From NCBI GenBank assembly GCA_050250855.1, contig JBFWNW010000004.1, positions 64,001 through 128,000 on the forward strand: DNA of 64,000 bases, in the 5' to 3' direction. Both the position numbers and the translations under genes were made by a program. Shown here in pieces: positions 60,677 to 64,000 of the stretch. The notes under the pieces are model-generated. The model was given only the letters and a program-made list of their open reading frames with translations, made no database searches and had not been told where the DNA came from. This stretch comes from Candidatus Babeliales bacterium (lineage in GTDB: Bacteria; Babelota; Babeliae; Babelales; JACPOV01). The number at the start of each line of letters is the position of its first letter. Position 1 is the first letter of the stretch.

Positions 60677-62266
60677 ATGATAGCTGGACTAAGAAATTTT
60701 TTTAAAGAAAAGACTGAGCAAGAAAAATTTGATGAACATTATAAAACGCTTTTTTTGCAAGGGCGCATGATATTTGCAGGTACTCTTTTGCAGCGTGCCG
60801 CAAAGGCGTATCCAGAGAATGTAGCACTTATTTGCAGAAATGTTTCTATTACCTATAAAGATCTATACGCAAAAGCGATATGCATTAGTAAAAAATTAAT
60901 GAGCATGGGCGTGCAGCCAGGGGATCGTATTATTGTTCTTATAGAGAATTCTCTAGAGTTTTATATGGCCTATTATGGAGCATGGCAGACCGGTGCTGTG
61001 GTAGCGCCGTTAAATACTTTTTTACACGAGCAAGAACTGAACCACATTATTCAGGATGCGCAACCAAAGGCAATGATTATTTCTAACTCCTTTGCCGAGC
61101 GCTTACAACAGTTTGATGGTAAACATTTACCACCATATTTTACAGAAAATGATTTTGAAAAAATTTTTGCTGAGCCCTGTGACGTTACAAACTTTGTTAT
61201 TCCTGAGCGTCCAGCGGAGGAAATGGCTGCACTATTGTATACTTCTGGCACCACTGGTTTTCCCAAAGGCGTTATGTTGAGTTCAAAAAATATTTTAACC
61301 AATATAGTACAAGGTATTTGCCGCGCTGATATTGTTCCGACTGATAGAATTTATGCAGCGTTGCCTCTTTTTCATAGCTTTGCAGAATTTGCGTGTGTAT
61401 GGGGAAGTTTTTTTCTTGGTGGCACCACCATTGTAATTCCTCGTATTGATAGAAGATATTTAATGGAGGGATTTACGCATAAACCAACAATTGTTGCAGG
61501 TGTTCCGGCATTATATGGTTTATTTTGTCTAATAAAAACGATTAATTTTGATTCGGTTCGTTATTTTGTCTGTGGTGGTGATGCATTGCCAGATAAAATT
61601 AGAATAGGTTTTGAAATGATTTATCGTCGCAGAATGTGTAATGGTTATGGCCTTACAGAAACATCTCCTTTAATTGCGGTTAATTTAGAAGATGAGCTTC
61701 TTGCGCCAAATACTGTTGGTAAAGTTTCTATTGGCATTCAATGTTCATTGCGTGATGAACAGGGTAATGAAGTACCAAAAGGACAAAAGGGTGTTTTATG
61801 GGTTAAAGGTGATAATGTAATGCTTGGTTATTACAAAGCACCTGAAATGACCAATCAAGTTCTTAAAGATGGTTGGCTTGATACGGGTGATTGGGCATAT
61901 TTTGATGCTAAAAATCGCCTGGTCATAGCAGGGCGACATAAAGATTTGATTATAAGTAAAGGCTTTAACGTATATCCTCAAGAAATTGAAAATATTCTTA
62001 TGAGCCATCCTGCGGTAATAAATGCTGCTGTGGTTGGCAAAAAAGACGTTGATGTAGGAGAGTATCCGGTAGCATTTGTTGTTTTACGTGAAACAATAAA
62101 TGATCCAGAGGCTGTTTTGCGTAAATTATGCCAGGACCATTTGGCTTCCTATAAAATTCCTCGCCACTATTTTGTGTTAAAGCAAGAAGAGCTTCCTCTT
62201 ACGCCGCTCAAAAAGATTGATAAAAAGAAATTGCGTAAAGATTTCCTAGAGCAAAAAAAGAGTTAA
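60677..62266 (+). CDS. Long-chain fatty acid-CoA ligase family (AMP-binding) enzyme
   Basis: YTSGTTGFPKG, LPLFHSF, GYGLTET, TGD, GRHKDLII, YKIP; ATG at 60677 after AGGAG. Confidence 0.93.
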   Translation: MIAGLRNFFKEKTEQEKFDEHYKTLFLQGRMIFAGTLLQRAAKAYPENVALICRNVSITYKDLYAKAICISKKLMSMGVQPGDRIIVLIENSLEFYMAYYGAWQTGAVVAPLNTFLHEQELNHIIQDAQPKAMIISNSFAERLQQFDGKHLPPYFTENDFEKIFAEPCDVTNFVIPERPAEEMAALLYTSGTTGFPKGVMLSSKNILTNIVQGICRADIVPTDRIYAALPLFHSFAEFACVWGSFFLGGTTIVIPRIDRRYLMEGFTHKPTIVAGVPALYGLFCLIKTINFDSVRYFVCGGDALPDKIRIGFEMIYRRRMCNGYGLTETSPLIAVNLEDELLAPNTVGKVSIGIQCSLRDEQGNEVPKGQKGVLWVKGDNVMLGYYKAPEMTNQVLKDGWLDTGDWAYFDAKNRLVIAGRHKDLIISKGFNVYPQEIENILMSHPAVINAAVVGKKDVDVGEYPVAFVVLRETINDPEAVLRKLCQDHLASYKIPRHYFVLKQEELPLTPLKKIDKKKLRKDFLEQKKS

Positions 62267-62267
62267 T

Positions 62268-63353
62268 ATGAAAAAGATAGCTCATATTATTTCAAGCCTT
62301 AAGCGTGGCGGAGCAGAAAGCCTTTTAGTGGATCTTCTGGCCGATCTAGGTCATTATGAACATCATGTTATTTTTTTTCATGATGGTCCCAATCGAGAGC
62401 GTTTGCATGAATTGGGTATAAAGACTTATCAGGTCAAAGGATTATTATTTTTGTATGATCCTATTTTCTTTATACGTTTGTATCAATTAGTTAAGTTGTT
62501 AAAGCCGGATTGCATGCATACTGCTTTGTGGATTGCAAATTTTGCCGGACGGATTATCGCAAAAATGCTTGCTATTCCCTTGGTATCAGTTATTCATCTG
62601 GGGATTCATCAAGATGGTAAAATCAGAAATATCTTGGATAGCTTTACGTTTGGGCTTAGTCAAAAAATTATAGCCGTTTCTGATGAGGTTGCCGAATCTC
62701 TTGAAGAAAAGAACTGGGTGCCCGCTTCTAGCATTACTGTCATTAAGAATGGTATTTCAAAAGAACGCGTATTAAGGCAGGCAACTAAAGATCCCTTAAC
62801 GCGCCAAGAGCTAGGTATTGCTGATGATGCGTTTGTTATTGGTTCAGTCGGGCGCTTTATTGCACGAAAAAATTTTGAGCTGTTGCTTGACGCTTTTGCA
62901 GACGTTGCTCCTAAGATTCCTCATGCAGTATTGGTGCTCGTTGGCTTTGGGCCTTTGGAGCAGATTCTCAGAAAACGTGCCTTTGATTTAGGAATAGATC
63001 GTAAGGTTCACTTTGTTGTTGGCCGTTCTGCCTATGGATGTTATCCGTTGTTTGATTGTTTTGTGTTGCCATCTTTGCAAGAGGGGCTTTCTATAGCATT
63101 ATTAGAGGCTTTGTGCTTTGGCTTACCGGTCATTGTTACCGGTTTTAACGGTTTGCATGAAGTTATTACCACCGGCAAAGAAGGATATGTGATAAATGCT
63201 GGCAATAAAGAGCAACTTTCTGAAAAGATTCTTGCCTTGGCGGATAATGGATGCAGGGCTTCTATGAAAAGCGCATCATTGGATCTTGTTGAGACTCGTT
63301 TTTCCATGAAGAGCATGAGCAAGCACTACGATAACTTTTTTGGACAGCTTTGA
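62268..63353 (+). CDS. GT4-family glycosyltransferase
   Basis: GGAE, AVS, NG, VGR...RK, PSLQEGLSIALLEA. Confidence 0.92.
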   Translation: MKKIAHIISSLKRGGAESLLVDLLADLGHYEHHVIFFHDGPNRERLHELGIKTYQVKGLLFLYDPIFFIRLYQLVKLLKPDCMHTALWIANFAGRIIAKMLAIPLVSVIHLGIHQDGKIRNILDSFTFGLSQKIIAVSDEVAESLEEKNWVPASSITVIKNGISKERVLRQATKDPLTRQELGIADDAFVIGSVGRFIARKNFELLLDAFADVAPKIPHAVLVLVGFGPLEQILRKRAFDLGIDRKVHFVVGRSAYGCYPLFDCFVLPSLQEGLSIALLEALCFGLPVIVTGFNGLHEVITTGKEGYVINAGNKEQLSEKILALADNGCRASMKSASLDLVETRFSMKSMSKHYDNFFGQL

Positions 63354-63506
63354 TTTTCAATTAGTATTATATGTTGACAATCTTATGGTAAAAAATTTAA
63401 AATAAATAAGCATAGGTCCTTTGATTTTTGACAAAGAAAAAAATTTGATTTTTAACCTTAATTGATGTACCTTAAGGTAACTAAATTAACTCTGATAACC
63501 TCCATT

Positions 63507-63549
63507 TCCCCTATCCATGACGTTCTGTCAGGATGGGGGTTTCTTATTT
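63507..63549. terminator. GC-rich hairpin, probable terminator
   Basis: CCCCTATCC-a-TGAC-gttct-GTCA-GGATGGGGG followed by TTTCTTATTT on the plus strand. Confidence 0.6.
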
Positions 63550-64000
63550 CTATAGTTCAGCTACTACTTTAATGTGCGGAGTTGCGATGTTTTTTGTCAT
63601 AGTTGGCTCTTCGTGAGCATAAAAGTTTTTGGTTAAATATGCTCTGCCAGAGTCTCCAAAGATCATAACGCAAAGTGCATCATTAGGAAGATTTTTAGCA
63701 TATTGGCTAGCCGCATAAGCAACAGCACCGCTGCTCGGTCCTACCAAAAGGCCATGATTGAGGGCTAATGTTTTGAGCATTGTTAATGCATGGTCGTCTG
63801 ACACACCAATAATCTCATCAATAACTGTTTTATTTAACACAGGAGAATCAAAATCTATGCCTATTCCTTCTATTTTATAGGGTTTTGGATTTCCTTTTGT
63901 TAAATACCAAGAGTTTTCAGAATCCAAGGCAATTACTTTAATAGATGGATTCTTTTCTTTCAAATAGCGACCTGCGCCACTTATGTGGCCTCCTGTGCCG
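63550..64000 (-). CDS. Cysteine synthase / cystathionine beta-synthase family PLP enzyme (5'-truncated by window edge)
   Basis: Frame open to the edge: GTGGHISGAGRYLKE, YKIEGIG, GPSSGA, DSGRAYL. Confidence 0.9.
   Translation of the reverse strand, partial: GTGGHISGAGRYLKEKNPSIKVIALDSENSWYLTKGNPKPYKIEGIGIDFDSPVLNKTVIDEIIGVSDDHALTMLKTLALNHGLLVGPSSGAVAYAASQYAKNLPNDALCVMIFGDSGRAYLTKNFYAHEEPTMTKNIATPHIKVVAEL

Overview
AT-rich bacterial chromosomal window (standard code). Housekeeping genes (rpoD, dnaG, lgt, mnmG, mraY, tgt, murB, trhO, pheT, lspA, glmU, sbcD, mreB, rsmA, uppS, gpsA, rnpB, PBP1A, murG, dciA, archease-rtcB, holB, tmk) alternate with many short orphan ORFs that start with 'MKK...' signal peptides. 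This pattern suggests a host-associated lineage such as Dependentiae/TM6; that is inference, as no rRNA is present. No transposase, CRISPR array, tRNA or rRNA was seen. Most notable: (1) eight intergenic REP-like inverted doublets of two related types, some nested, with all five type A copies oriented the same way relative to the downstream gene; (2) tandem arrays of secreted paralogs with conserved ends and variable middles, including an apparently unnamed five-member family; (3) a yhhQ-tgt pair whose TGT pocket points to direct queuine salvage; (4) an RNase P RNA lacking P18, with a possible 10-bp P6, whose 5' end lies inside the upstream ORF; (5) a stand-alone archease-RtcB RNA ligase pair; (6) tandem LOG genes beside a membrane-anchored HAD; (7) a candidate sRNA near the right end. 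All calls come from reading motifs by eye; no searches were run.
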